Of a stretch of 64,000 nt of DNA, positions 20,186-29,519 are shown piece after piece. Origin of the DNA: an uncultured Gammaproteobacteria bacterium (GTDB taxonomy: Bacteria; Pseudomonadota; Gammaproteobacteria; JACCXJ01); NCBI GenBank assembly GCA_963764725.1, contig CAVXTM010000018.1, forward strand, positions 224,001 to 288,000, read 5' to 3'. Under the pieces are notes generated by a model that was not told where the DNA came from, did not search any database, and saw only the letters and a list, made by a program, of their open reading frames with translations. Each line of letters starts with the position of its first letter. Position 1 is the first letter of the stretch. Made by a program: the position numbers and the translations under genes.

Positions 20186-21313
20186 TTATTCTCCTTCGAC
20201 TAAAGCGCGAGTTGGACCGTGTTTGATGTCCCCATCGCGTGTTAAGGTGCTGTCGCGCAAGACTTCGTCATCCCAATCGGGCTCAAGCTTGCCGTCTTTG
20301 ACCATCAGCGCCACCAGATGGAACATGTTCTTAGCGTACAGTTCGCTCGCATGCGCCGGAAGCGTGCTCGGCATATTGACCGGCCCGCAGATCTCCACAT
20401 CGTGAAATTTTACGCCCTTGTCCGGTTTTGTCAGTTCACAGTTTCCGCCGCTTTCCGCGGCCAAATCGATGATCACGGACCCGGGTTTCATGGCTTCCAC
20501 CATGGCTCGTGTAATGATTTTTGGGGCCGGACGGCCGGGAATCGCGGCGGTCGTAATAACCACGTCGGCTTGCCCCACGTGCTTAGCAATCAGCTCCTGC
20601 TGCCGTCGCTTTTCCTCTTCGGTAAGCTCCCGGGCATAGCCACCGGCGGCGTCAGCTTGAATGTCCATTTGGACGAATTTGGCTCCCAGAGACTGCACCT
20701 GCTCCTTGGTGGCCGGCCGTACATCGTAAGCCTCCACGATCGCGCCTAAGCGCCGAGCCGTCGCGATCGCCTGCAGGCCGGCGACGCCCACGCCGATGAT
20801 GAGAAATCTTGCCGGACGGATGGTCCCGGTCGGCGTGGTGAGCATCGGCATGAACTTGCTGAGCCGGTAAGCGGCCATGAGCGTCGCTTTATACCCTGCC
20901 ACCGACGCCTGCGAGGACAGCGCATCCATCGACTGGGCCCTGGAAATTCTGGGAATAAGCTCCATGGCCAAGCTTGTGATCTTACGATTCCGAAACACCT
21001 TCACGAGCTCCGCGCTCTTATGGGGCGCCATGAATCCCACGACCATACCCCCTTCTCGAAGCCGGTGCGCCTCTTCGATCGTGGGAGGCTGGACTCTAAG
21101 CACGACATCCGCCTCGCGGTAAAGCCGCTCGGCGTCCTGGACTACCGTGGCGCCGGCCGCCGTATACGACTGATCTGGCTGATACGCGGCCGCGCCTGCC
21201 CCTTCTTCGATAAGGACCTCGACCCCAAGCTTTCCAAAGCGCGCGACGACCTCGGGAACGATCGCGACACGCTGTTCTCCGGCCGCGCATTCTTTGGGTA
21301 CGGCGATCTTCAT
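20186..21313 (-). CDS. pntAA: NAD(P) transhydrogenase alpha subunit part 1
   Basis: MKIAVPKE, PRISRAQSMDALSSQ, GVGVAGLQAIATA, DLAAESGGNC. Confidence 0.95.
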   Translation of the reverse strand: MKIAVPKECAAGEQRVAIVPEVVARFGKLGVEVLIEEGAGAAAYQPDQSYTAAGATVVQDAERLYREADVVLRVQPPTIEEAHRLREGGMVVGFMAPHKSAELVKVFRNRKITSLAMELIPRISRAQSMDALSSQASVAGYKATLMAAYRLSKFMPMLTTPTGTIRPARFLIIGVGVAGLQAIATARRLGAIVEAYDVRPATKEQVQSLGAKFVQMDIQADAAGGYARELTEEEKRRQQELIAKHVGQADVVITTAAIPGRPAPKIITRAMVEAMKPGSVIIDLAAESGGNCELTKPDKGVKFHDVEICGPVNMPSTLPAHASELYAKNMFHLVALMVKDGKLEPDWDDEVLRDSTLTRDGDIKHGPTRALVEGE

Positions 21314-21577
21314 AAGTCTTCCCCTATTGTTCTTCTGTGAGGATGCGTTTTATTGTCATTCAAACGCGCCCCGGCGGCCTCGTTTCCGGACCTCGGATGC
21401 GGTTCGAAACTTCTCTCCTTCTAATTTAACGAAAATACTGTAGACTTAGCAATTGTTGGCGAAACGCCAACCTGCCTATTGAGAAATGAAGGACGATTGC
21501 CTATCCTTTAGTTGCTCCACCTTAACCCAGGTGGTGGCCTATCAATAAAAAACCGAAATTGTGAGGAGGCATTTATT

Positions 21578-21733
21578 ATGACTAGCATTCTCAAGCTTCT
21601 GGCCTTTGCGTTGCTTTCATTGAACTTAGGGGCTTGCGGGTATGACCCGCCCGCATCGTCTAACACCCAGGGTTCGACGAACGCGCCTATGAGTGAAGAG
21701 GACCAAGCAAAGCAACCATCCGTCAATCAGTAA
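21578..21733 (+). CDS. Small lipoprotein (51 aa)
   Basis: GAGGAGG SD, ATG 21578, lipobox LGAC, polar tail. Confidence 0.65.
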   Translation: MTSILKLLAFALLSLNLGACGYDPPASSNTQGSTNAPMSEEDQAKQPSVNQ

Positions 21734-21830
21734 GACATCGCGCTGAACACGTTGGGGGACTCTAGCCTTAGAGTCCCCCGGCGCTTTCCAGCACTTTCTG
21801 CCAGGAGATCTTTCGCTAGAGCTTAGCGAT

Positions 21831-22619
21831 TCAATTGATGGGTCCCTTGGTTTTTTTCCCGGCGCCCGCCGGGCGGTTAAAACAGAAAACCCCAAGAAGA
21901 GCCCCGGCGAATCCGGCCGTGAGCACCATACCGACCGAGCCCGCGCCCCAGCCGATCGGGTAGGTGTCCACGTTGATGGTGGCCGTCAAGCCGGGAATGC
22001 TCGGCAGGTCCATATCTCCCGCGCCCGCTTTGAGTTGCGCCTTCAAGCCCTTTTCGGTGTGTTGTGACATATCGCAATGCACGAAATACGTCTTGTCGCC
22101 GCTAGGCACGATAAACGTCCCGCTTTTCTCACCCGGCCCCGTGACTTCGAGGTGAAACATCCCTTGGGGATGGATATATTTCGGTAGCCCGTGCAGCATC
22201 CATTGATGGCGGATATCGTCATCGTTGACGAAGGTTACGGTCACCCGGCTACAGGGACGCACGTTCCATTGTTGCTGGTCATAGGCAAACATCAGCCCCG
22301 GGAAGCGGCGTGCATACTTTCTGCCCGCATGCACGGTAAACTTCACGTCCTCGGTGATTTGCGGGCAGTCTTGCGGTAATCGATCCTTATTTTCGCCCAT
22401 CACCGCCCCTTGCATATCCATGGACATGCCGGGGTGGTGATGATGTGCGTGTGCATCGGTACCCGCAGCGGGGGTGAGCGCGGGTTGCCGATAGTCAGAG
22501 GTAGCGGTGACTTTTTGCACGCGGGGTGCCTCGGTGTTCCCGCTCGTGCTCGCCCGCCATACCACCACGGCCACGACGGCCAACCCACCCAGGGCAAGTA
22601 GCACTACGCGCCGATGCAC
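21831..22619 (-). CDS. Membrane-anchored cupredoxin-domain protein
   Basis: His/Met-rich HAHHHHPGMSMDM; HQWMLH...HCDMSQH....L type-1 Cu ligands; TM segments at both ends. Confidence 0.75.
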   Translation of the reverse strand: MHRRVVLLALGGLAVVAVVVWRASTSGNTEAPRVQKVTATSDYRQPALTPAAGTDAHAHHHHPGMSMDMQGAVMGENKDRLPQDCPQITEDVKFTVHAGRKYARRFPGLMFAYDQQQWNVRPCSRVTVTFVNDDDIRHQWMLHGLPKYIHPQGMFHLEVTGPGEKSGTFIVPSGDKTYFVHCDMSQHTEKGLKAQLKAGAGDMDLPSIPGLTATINVDTYPIGWGAGSVGMVLTAGFAGALLGVFCFNRPAGAGKKTKGPIN

Positions 22620-24302
22620 CTACGCCGTCCCTCCGCGTTTTAAGCGCAGCCGCACGAACACGATGACACCCGCGAGAAGCAGCCCCGCCGCGACGGCGAG
22701 TAATAGCGGACCTCCCAGAGCCGGATCGGTAGGCGCCGGATCGCCGAGGACGCCTTCTTTATCGATCGTGCCCCACACCGGGACCTTGCGCTGGTAAAAC
22801 TCTTGGGTGAAGAACGGCGCCAACTCCATGCCGTGCATCACGGGCAAGCCCCCCTTACCCAGGAAGGACCGGTAGGCAATCAAGGTGATGTTCCCACCGG
22901 GGAACTGCCCATGGTTGGTGATGGCCTTCTCGGCGTGGTCATGCATCATCCACACGCCCGGCCCGTAGCTATGCAGCCCATCATCGACGGTGCTCAGCTC
23001 CAAGTCATAGCGTTGCGCCGGGCTTAAATCAAAGACATCGCGCGTGATCCATGCTTGCCGATTGTGCAACACCCCGTCGTAATGGGTGATCGTCGGTTTA
23101 TGGCCGTGGGTGTGAATCGCGATCCCACGATCATCACCGCCGTTGGCCATGCGGATCTTCACCTTTTCGTTCGCATCCACGACGATGAGGGATTCGCGCA
23201 AGGTGTAGGGAAACGAGCGCCCATTGAGGAGGAAATACTCGGGCGTCGCCTGGGTGACATCGTACTCGCGCGTTGTCAAGACGCCGATAAGCCGCGGGTC
23301 GTTCGCGGTTTTGATGAGGTCGTGCATTTCCTTGTCAACCTCCTGATAGATGAGATCATACTCGCGCGCGTAAGACTCCTTGACGGCCACCGAGGGATGG
23401 CGCACATGCCCCGCCCCGATGTTCAAGGTTTGCAGCCAGTTGTTGGGGCGGTTCTCCTCGACCACAAAAATCCCCATCAAGCCCATGCCGACATGGATGG
23501 GCGCCTGTTCGTGGCAATGATAAAGCTGCGTGCCGGGTTGCCTTGGCGTGATCTCATAGGTAAAGCTCTCTCCCGGCATCACCGGGATGTGGCTGGTCTC
23601 GGAGACGCCGTCGTTGCCGCGTTGCTCCCCATGCAGGGGATGGTCGAGGTAGTAGGGGTGGTCAACCCCGTGGAGATGAATGGTATGCGGTAGGTAATGA
23701 GTATTCTCGAGCGTGATCCTCACCCGATCGCCCACTTCGACCCGGATGGTGGGCGAAGGCACCCGCAATATCTCATTAGCTTCGTAGCTTTCGAAATTCT
23801 TGGTCGCCATGCCGTGGGCTTTCGGCACAAAAACCCAAAATCCCGGCTGGATCCCGGGCGCGATCGAATAGGCGGGCACGGGGAAGGCGACATCGGGCGA
23901 TCGGCCATTGAGCTCGGCGACCTCGAGACGAATATGCACATCGTCCGGATCACCGTCGCCGTCGCGGTCGTTTTCCAACACCACGGTGTCCGGGGAGAGC
24001 CCCGACTTCATCAGCGTATCCATGGAAACGTTGTTCGTGCCCTTGACGAAGGCCGCGACCGCGTCAGGATTGTCGGGCGTGCAAAGCGGAGACTCTTCAA
24101 TCGTCGTGCCCTCGATCACCTTCGCCTCCCGCCATTCCGGGCGCTCGTCGGGACAAGGCAGCTCACCGGTACTCGGCGCGGCCGTCGTACTCGTGGGCCC
24201 ATACTGGTAAGAGGTCGGGAGAAAGCCGGGAACGAACCAAACCATCACCCCGGCCAGGATGACCACAACCACAAAAACCATTAACCAACGGTTCCGGTTC
24301 AT
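22620..24302 (-). CDS. Membrane-anchored two-domain multicopper oxidase
   Basis: HTIHLHG and YHCHEQAPIH (domain 1); IHTHGH and MHDH (domain 2). Confidence 0.85.
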   Translation of the reverse strand: MNRNRWLMVFVVVVILAGVMVWFVPGFLPTSYQYGPTSTTAAPSTGELPCPDERPEWREAKVIEGTTIEESPLCTPDNPDAVAAFVKGTNNVSMDTLMKSGLSPDTVVLENDRDGDGDPDDVHIRLEVAELNGRSPDVAFPVPAYSIAPGIQPGFWVFVPKAHGMATKNFESYEANEILRVPSPTIRVEVGDRVRITLENTHYLPHTIHLHGVDHPYYLDHPLHGEQRGNDGVSETSHIPVMPGESFTYEITPRQPGTQLYHCHEQAPIHVGMGLMGIFVVEENRPNNWLQTLNIGAGHVRHPSVAVKESYAREYDLIYQEVDKEMHDLIKTANDPRLIGVLTTREYDVTQATPEYFLLNGRSFPYTLRESLIVVDANEKVKIRMANGGDDRGIAIHTHGHKPTITHYDGVLHNRQAWITRDVFDLSPAQRYDLELSTVDDGLHSYGPGVWMMHDHAEKAITNHGQFPGGNITLIAYRSFLGKGGLPVMHGMELAPFFTQEFYQRKVPVWGTIDKEGVLGDPAPTDPALGGPLLLAVAAGLLLAGVIVFVRLRLKRGGTA

Positions 24303-24502
24303 AGGGCGATATTCCGGCTTAGAATCCTAACTGACACTTACGTTCAACAATATCGCTCCGTTGGTGCGTTCCTAATCGAAAACAACGCACTAAGCCAGTG
24401 GAGCAACATGGCCATACTGCGGGTAACACGAGGACGGAACCGGGCACGGCGGCGCGCAACCTCCTTGCCCGTTCCGGATTTTAAGAGGGGTTGCGCTTGA
24501 GG

Positions 24503-24616
24503 TTAATCTTTCATCACGTAACGATAAAAGTAATAAGCGCCTACGACAAGGGCCACGAATACAACGATTCCGACCGGACTCTTCAGCATCTCAACTGCGT
24601 CAAGAATTCCACCCAT
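24503..24616 (-). CDS. 37-aa single-TM small protein missing from the ORF track
   Basis: MGGILDAVEMLKSPVGIVVFVALVVGAYYFYRYVMKD*, with AAGAGG SD and an upstream promoter-like sequence. Confidence 0.6.
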   Translation of the reverse strand: MGGILDAVEMLKSPVGIVVFVALVVGAYYFYRYVMKD

Positions 24617-24687
24617 GGTGTTGAACCTCTTTTAATTCCTATCTGTACTTTTAAGTGATGCCGCAGAACCTGCTGCGTACCCTGCCC

Positions 24688-24715
24688 ATCTTACTTGGCC
24701 GTGATTCGATGTCAA
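24688..24715 (-). promoter_or_regulatory. Putative sigma70 promoter for the small protein / multicopper oxidase unit
   Basis: TTGACA-16 nt-TAAGAT on the minus strand. Confidence 0.55.
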
Positions 24716-24776
24716 GAATCTTGCTTCCTCGCGGGCGGACTTGTTCGCGATCAGAAGGTCCGAGCAGCGCGCCCGC

Positions 24777-25157
24777 TCAGGCGGCTTGCATCGGTATCGA
24801 ATGACCGATGCGCGTTATCTTGTTACGGTCGTCCAGATAGATGAGCGTCGGTTGGTGGACGGCCGCCTCTTCACGCTGCAATCCGGCATAGGCACAGATA
24901 ATCACCCGATCGCCAGGGCTCGCCTTATGCGCTGCCGCACCGTTGATGGAGATCACCCGCGAACCCGGTTCTGCCCGGATCGCGTAGGTCGTGAAGCGCT
25001 CGCCGTTCGCGATATTGTAGATATGGATCTGCTCGTACTCGCGGATCCCGGCGGCGTCAAGCAAACGCGCGTCAATCGCACAGGATCCCTCATAATCAAG
25101 TTTCGAATGCGTAACACGAGCACGGTGGAGTTTCGCTTTGAGCAAGGTGATATACAT
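24777..25157 (-). CDS. panD: Aspartate 1-decarboxylase
   Basis: [33 protein letters not shown]; ATG 25157. Confidence 0.96.
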   Translation of the reverse strand: MYITLLKAKLHRARVTHSKLDYEGSCAIDARLLDAAGIREYEQIHIYNIANGERFTTYAIRAEPGSRVISINGAAAHKASPGDRVIICAYAGLQREEAAVHQPTLIYLDDRNKITRIGHSIPMQAA

Positions 25158-25206
25158 TGCGTCCCGAGCCAGTGAGAGTTTGACCGCGATTATGGCGTAA
25201 AGGTCG

Positions 25207-26070
25207 CTATCGTTCAACAAACTTGCGCGCTGCAAGGTTGTCAATGAGGCGCGTCTTACCGAGCCAGGCGGCCGCTAAGATCCTGAGATCGCAATCTTCT
25301 GGAGCGGGTTCCATGAGATCGCTGGCGCGCCTGACGGCAAAGTAATCAGCATTGAATCCGGCTTCCTCCAGGCGCGCGCGACCACGCCGTTGGACGGACT
25401 GAAAACTCGGCGCCGCACTCGTCAGCGCGTCACGGGCCTCGCAAAGCGCCTCGTACAAACGCCAGGCGATCGCTCTTTCTGCATCCGTGAGATACCCATT
25501 CCGTGAGCTCAGCGCGAGACCGTTGGGCGCGCGCGCGGTCTCCACGGCGTGAATCTCTACCTCGATACATAAATCCGCGACCATGCGTTTGATCACCAGC
25601 AACTGTTGGTAATCCTTTTCGCCGAAGACGGCGAGATCGGGCCGCACCAGATTCAGCAGCTTCGTAACGACGGTCGCGACCCCGGTAAAATGCCCGGGCC
25701 TAGACGCCCCGCACAACATAGTATCCAATCCGGGCACGCGGACCTCGGTGTGCCGATCGAGGCCGTTGGGATACAGTGCGGCCACCCCGGGAACAAACAG
25801 AACATCGGCCCCCGCTGCGTCGAGAAGCGCGCGATCCTGTTCAAAGGTACACGGATAACGATCGAGGTCCTCGCCGGCCACGAACTGCATGGGATTGACA
25901 AACACGGTGGCAACCGTTCGGCTCGCAAGGCGCTGGGCCTGTTCGACCAGGGCCAAATGCCCGCGGTGCAGGTTCCCCATCGTGGGCACGAGCGCAATCC
26001 GCTGACGCTGATCGCGCCAAGCTTTGATGATCTCCTTAAGCTCTGCGATCCGAGCGACGCTAAGGATCAC
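25207..26070 (-). CDS. panC: Pantoate-beta-alanine ligase
   Basis: [34 protein letters not shown]. Confidence 0.97.
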   Translation of the reverse strand: MILSVARIAELKEIIKAWRDQRQRIALVPTMGNLHRGHLALVEQAQRLASRTVATVFVNPMQFVAGEDLDRYPCTFEQDRALLDAAGADVLFVPGVAALYPNGLDRHTEVRVPGLDTMLCGASRPGHFTGVATVVTKLLNLVRPDLAVFGEKDYQQLLVIKRMVADLCIEVEIHAVETARAPNGLALSSRNGYLTDAERAIAWRLYEALCEARDALTSAAPSFQSVQRRGRARLEEAGFNADYFAVRRASDLMEPAPEDCDLRILAAAWLGKTRLIDNLAARKFVER

Positions 26071-26870
26071 TCGAAACCGTGCTCTGCGCCGGGAAACTCG
26101 CCGCGCTTAACCGCCCCGGCGTAATCGCGAAATGCCTCCTCGATCCCAGCGCGCCCGGCAAGAAAGTTCTTCGCGAATCGCGGCAGCCGCTCGCTGATTC
26201 CGAGCATATCGTAGACAACCAGCACCTGTCCGTCACAGCCGGGACCGGCGCCGATGCCGATCACCGGAATCGTCGCCGCGGCGCTGATTTCGGCGGCAAG
26301 CGGGCTGGGCACGCACTCGAGCACCAGCATCGCCACCCCGGCGCTCTCGAGCGCCTGTGCGTCTCGTTTAATCATTTCGGCGTCCTCGGGATCACGGCCC
26401 TGAACGCGATACGCGCCCAGCTTATTAATCGATTGCGGCAGCAATCCCAGGTGCCCGCACACCGGGATACCCCTAGCGCCAAGCAACTCGACGGTGGCCG
26501 CTAACCAGGCGCCGCCTTCTAGCTTTACCACCTGCACACCCGACTCCCCGAGGAAGCGGCCCGCGTTTCCAAGCGCTTGGTATGGTGTGGCATAACTCAT
26601 GAACGGCATATCGACCACCACGAGCGGCCGTTTCGCCCCTCGGCGCACGAGTTGCGCATGATAGATCATGTCGTTCAAGCGCACGCCAAGCGTGCTGTCG
26701 TGGCCTTGCACCACCATCGCAAGCGAATCGCCCACCAGCAGGATATCGACGCCAGCTGCGTCGGCGAGCCTGGCGAAGCCCGCATCGTAGGCGGTGAGGC
26801 AAGCGATTTTCTCGCCGCGCCGCTTCATCTCGATCAGATCCGAAGTGGAAATTGAAGTGATTGCGCCCAT
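26067..26870 (-). CDS. panB: Ketopantoate hydroxymethyltransferase
   Basis: LTAYDA, LVGDSL, KLEGG, GHLGLLPQ, DGQVLV. Confidence 0.97.
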   Translation of the reverse strand: MGAITSISTSDLIEMKRRGEKIACLTAYDAGFARLADAAGVDILLVGDSLAMVVQGHDSTLGVRLNDMIYHAQLVRRGAKRPLVVVDMPFMSYATPYQALGNAGRFLGESGVQVVKLEGGAWLAATVELLGARGIPVCGHLGLLPQSINKLGAYRVQGRDPEDAEMIKRDAQALESAGVAMLVLECVPSPLAAEISAAATIPVIGIGAGPGCDGQVLVVYDMLGISERLPRFAKNFLAGRAGIEEAFRDYAGAVKRGEFPGAEHGFE

Positions 26871-26884
26871 CCAATCATCTGCCG

Positions 26885-27382
26885 CTAAGGCATGCTTGGC
26901 GCGCGGCCGGACAATCGTTCGATACCCCTCCCGTCACAATGCCTTAGGAGCTCGGCGAGCGGTCCGAGCCCCGGAACCTCAAGGTCCGGGGCAATTTCAT
27001 ACAGCGGGTACAGCACGAAAGCCCGCTCGCTCAGTCCCGGATGCGGGACCGTCAAGTCGGGCCCGGTGATACGTTCGGCGCCGTAAAGAAGTATGTCAAT
27101 GTCCAAGGTCCTGGGTCCCCAGCGAACGCCACGCGCGCGGCCGTGCCGGGCCTCGACCGCTTGCAACGATGCCAATAGATCGTAGGCTGTCTGCGCCGTC
27201 TCGATGGCCGCGACCGCGTTGATGTAATCGGGTTGATCCGGCGGCCCCATGGGCGCACTGCGATAGAAGGAGGATTGAGCGACTATGCGAGTCTCGGGTA
27301 GCCTCGCGATGGCCAAGATGCCCTGCGTTACTTGCGCACCGGGATCGGCAAGATTACTGCCCAGACCGACATAAGCGATCAC
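26885..27382 (-). CDS. folK: HPPK (start approximate)
   Basis: YVGLGSNL, PDYINAV, RWGPRTLDIDIL, VPHP...ERAFVL. Confidence 0.93.
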   Translation of the reverse strand: MIAYVGLGSNLADPGAQVTQGILAIARLPETRIVAQSSFYRSAPMGPPDQPDYINAVAAIETAQTAYDLLASLQAVEARHGRARGVRWGPRTLDIDILLYGAERITGPDLTVPHPGLSERAFVLYPLYEIAPDLEVPGLGPLAELLRHCDGRGIERLSGRAPSMP

Positions 27383-27419
27383 GAAGCTTGCGGCGCGCGG
27401 GCCGTTGCGCCTGGCATCG

Positions 27420-28730
27420 CTAACGCTGGCGACGACGCCTCTTCGCCGGGGCGGTCTTGCCTGCCGCCGAAATAAGCTCGCCCCGGCGGACTTCCTTGGC
27501 GCTTTGGAATTCAGTCCACCACTCGGCCAATTCGGTGACCTCCTCGCCCGCCTCCGCGCGCAGCACCAAGAAATCATAGGCCGCCCGAAAGCGCGGGTGG
27601 CTCAGCAACCGAAACGGTGTTCCACCCACCCGCCGGGTAAGACGCGGTTGTAGCGCCCAGATTTCGCGCGTCATCTGCGTGTAGCGGCGCGGCATGGCAA
27701 TGCGGGAGACCTGCTGGGATATCACCGTGTCCGATGCAAGCTGATCGGCCTCAGCGGGCGATAATTCGCGGGCTCGGTGCTCATCGGCGAGCCTCCGCAT
27801 GGGATCCCAGAGCAAAGCGGCAATTAGAAAAGCCGGGGTGACGGGTTTTCCCTCCGCAATGCGGCGATCGGTATTTTGCAGGGCACGGGCCAGAAACATA
27901 TGCGGAAATCCGCCTTCCTCTTCGCTTAAGCAGGCTTCTACTTGGGGGAACAACTCACGGAACAGGCCATAGTGACGAAGTTGCTCGAATGTTTGGACGG
28001 CGCATCCTCCGAGAAAGAGCTTCAAGATCTCCTCGAACAAGCGTGCCGGTGGGATCTCCGAGAGCAGCGGCGCTAGCTCGAAGATCGGTGTTGCAGTCTG
28101 AGGATGGATATTGAATCCCAACTTGACCGCAAACCGCACGGCCCGCAACATTCTTACTGGATCCTCGCGGAAACGCTGCTGCGTGTTGCCGACGACCCGG
28201 ATCTGTCCCGCTTTGATGTCGTCCATCCCGCCCACGTAGTCAACGACCGAGAAATCCTCGATGTTGTAGTACAGGGCATTCACCGTGAAATCACGCCGCC
28301 AGGCATCGTTATCAATATTGCCGTAGACGTTGTCGCGCAGGATCCGTCCGTCCTCGGTAACGACACGGCCATCTTCTTCCGCCGCGTCGGCGCCCCGAAA
28401 GGTCGCAACTTCAATGATGTCCCTGCCGAAATGCACATGCGCCAAGCGAAAACGGCGGCCGATCAAGCGGCAATTACGAAATAGCTCCCGCACCTGTTCC
28501 GGAAGCGCGTCGGTTGCTACATCGAAATCCTTCGGCTCGCGGCCGAGGAGTAAATCGCGCACACTGCCGCCCACGAGGAAGGCTTGAAAGCCGGCATTAT
28601 TCAAGCGGTAAAGAACCTTGAGCGCGCGCTCATCGATATTGGTCCGCGAGATGATATGCCCAGATCGCGGTATGATCCGCGGGGTTATCGGGATCTTGGC
28701 GACCTTGGTTTGCATCGCTACGTCAAGCAC
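27420..28730 (-). CDS. pcnB: Poly(A) polymerase I
   Basis: VGGSVRDLLLG..PKDFDVAT, LIGRRFRLAHV, RRDFTVNAL, EDPVRMLRA. Confidence 0.96.
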   Translation of the reverse strand: MLDVAMQTKVAKIPITPRIIPRSGHIISRTNIDERALKVLYRLNNAGFQAFLVGGSVRDLLLGREPKDFDVATDALPEQVRELFRNCRLIGRRFRLAHVHFGRDIIEVATFRGADAAEEDGRVVTEDGRILRDNVYGNIDNDAWRRDFTVNALYYNIEDFSVVDYVGGMDDIKAGQIRVVGNTQQRFREDPVRMLRAVRFAVKLGFNIHPQTATPIFELAPLLSEIPPARLFEEILKLFLGGCAVQTFEQLRHYGLFRELFPQVEACLSEEEGGFPHMFLARALQNTDRRIAEGKPVTPAFLIAALLWDPMRRLADEHRARELSPAEADQLASDTVISQQVSRIAMPRRYTQMTREIWALQPRLTRRVGGTPFRLLSHPRFRAAYDFLVLRAEAGEEVTELAEWWTEFQSAKEVRRGELISAAGKTAPAKRRRRQR

Positions 28731-28834
28731 GGGATTGTCACCTCGGTTGGGATGGCCATTGTTTCAAAGGCATAGACGATGCGTATAATACACCGCGCGC
28801 GGCGCCGATGCTGTAACTGCCCTTCTCCCAGCCT

Positions 28835-28910
28835 GCTCCCTTCGTCTAGCGGCCTAGGACGTCGCCCTCTCACGGCGAAAACAGGGGTTCGATTCCCCTA
28901 GGGAGCGCCA
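28835..28910 (+). tRNA. tRNA-Glu (anticodon CTC)
   Basis: GCTCCC acceptor stem pairing with GGGAGC, followed by GCCA; anticodon arm TCGCC-CT-CTC-AC-GGCGA; GGTTCGATTCC T-arm. Confidence 0.95.
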
Positions 28911-29519
28911 AAGTGTTGATCCGCTTGCGAGATGGCTCCACTCCATGACACTTTTCATGATCAAGACTGGCGCAATCAAAGAAAACCGTCGCGTAATTAT
29001 TAGCTTATACACTGGCATTTCTATTGCTTAAAGCAACACGGGGGCGGGGTGCAACCACGGAAGGGGCCGGGCGTCAGGAAGACTCCCGCTCTCCCTTCCC
29101 CCCTCCCTGCACTTCGCCCCCACCTGCGCGTTGCGTGAGCGCTGTCTTGAACCAACGCGGCGATCCACTCGACACCGTATCACTGAACTCCAAGCTGGCC
29201 CTTACCTTTTCCGGACGTAACAACGCGACCCTTGTTCGGATCATGGACTTGAGCGGCGAAGCTCGAGCGCGTGGTCTCTATTGATCCCGCACGGCGGTAC
29301 GTGTTAAAAAACAGCATTACACATCCATTAATGCGCCCGGCCCAGGGTTGCGATAGGGGAAGACAATCGTCGGGCAGGGGAAAAAATGACGCCGTGCCAT
29401 TACCGAGCCACGCGCGCAAACAGCAAGAAAGAACGATAACCACGGCTCTTGAGACCGATCATTCTACGCAGCCGAACCTGCCGGACATCCGGTGTTAACC
29501 GCGATCGGGGAGAATCGAA

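Noticed and set aside
22620-24302. Copper nitrite reductase NirK
   Set aside because: It has the HxH/HCH/HxH/HxH set for a trinuclear cluster, typical of two-domain oxidases
29040-29121. SRP RNA (ffs) or intrinsic terminator
   Set aside because: Lacks the SRP helix-8 CAGG..GGAA..AGCA signature and has no U-tract
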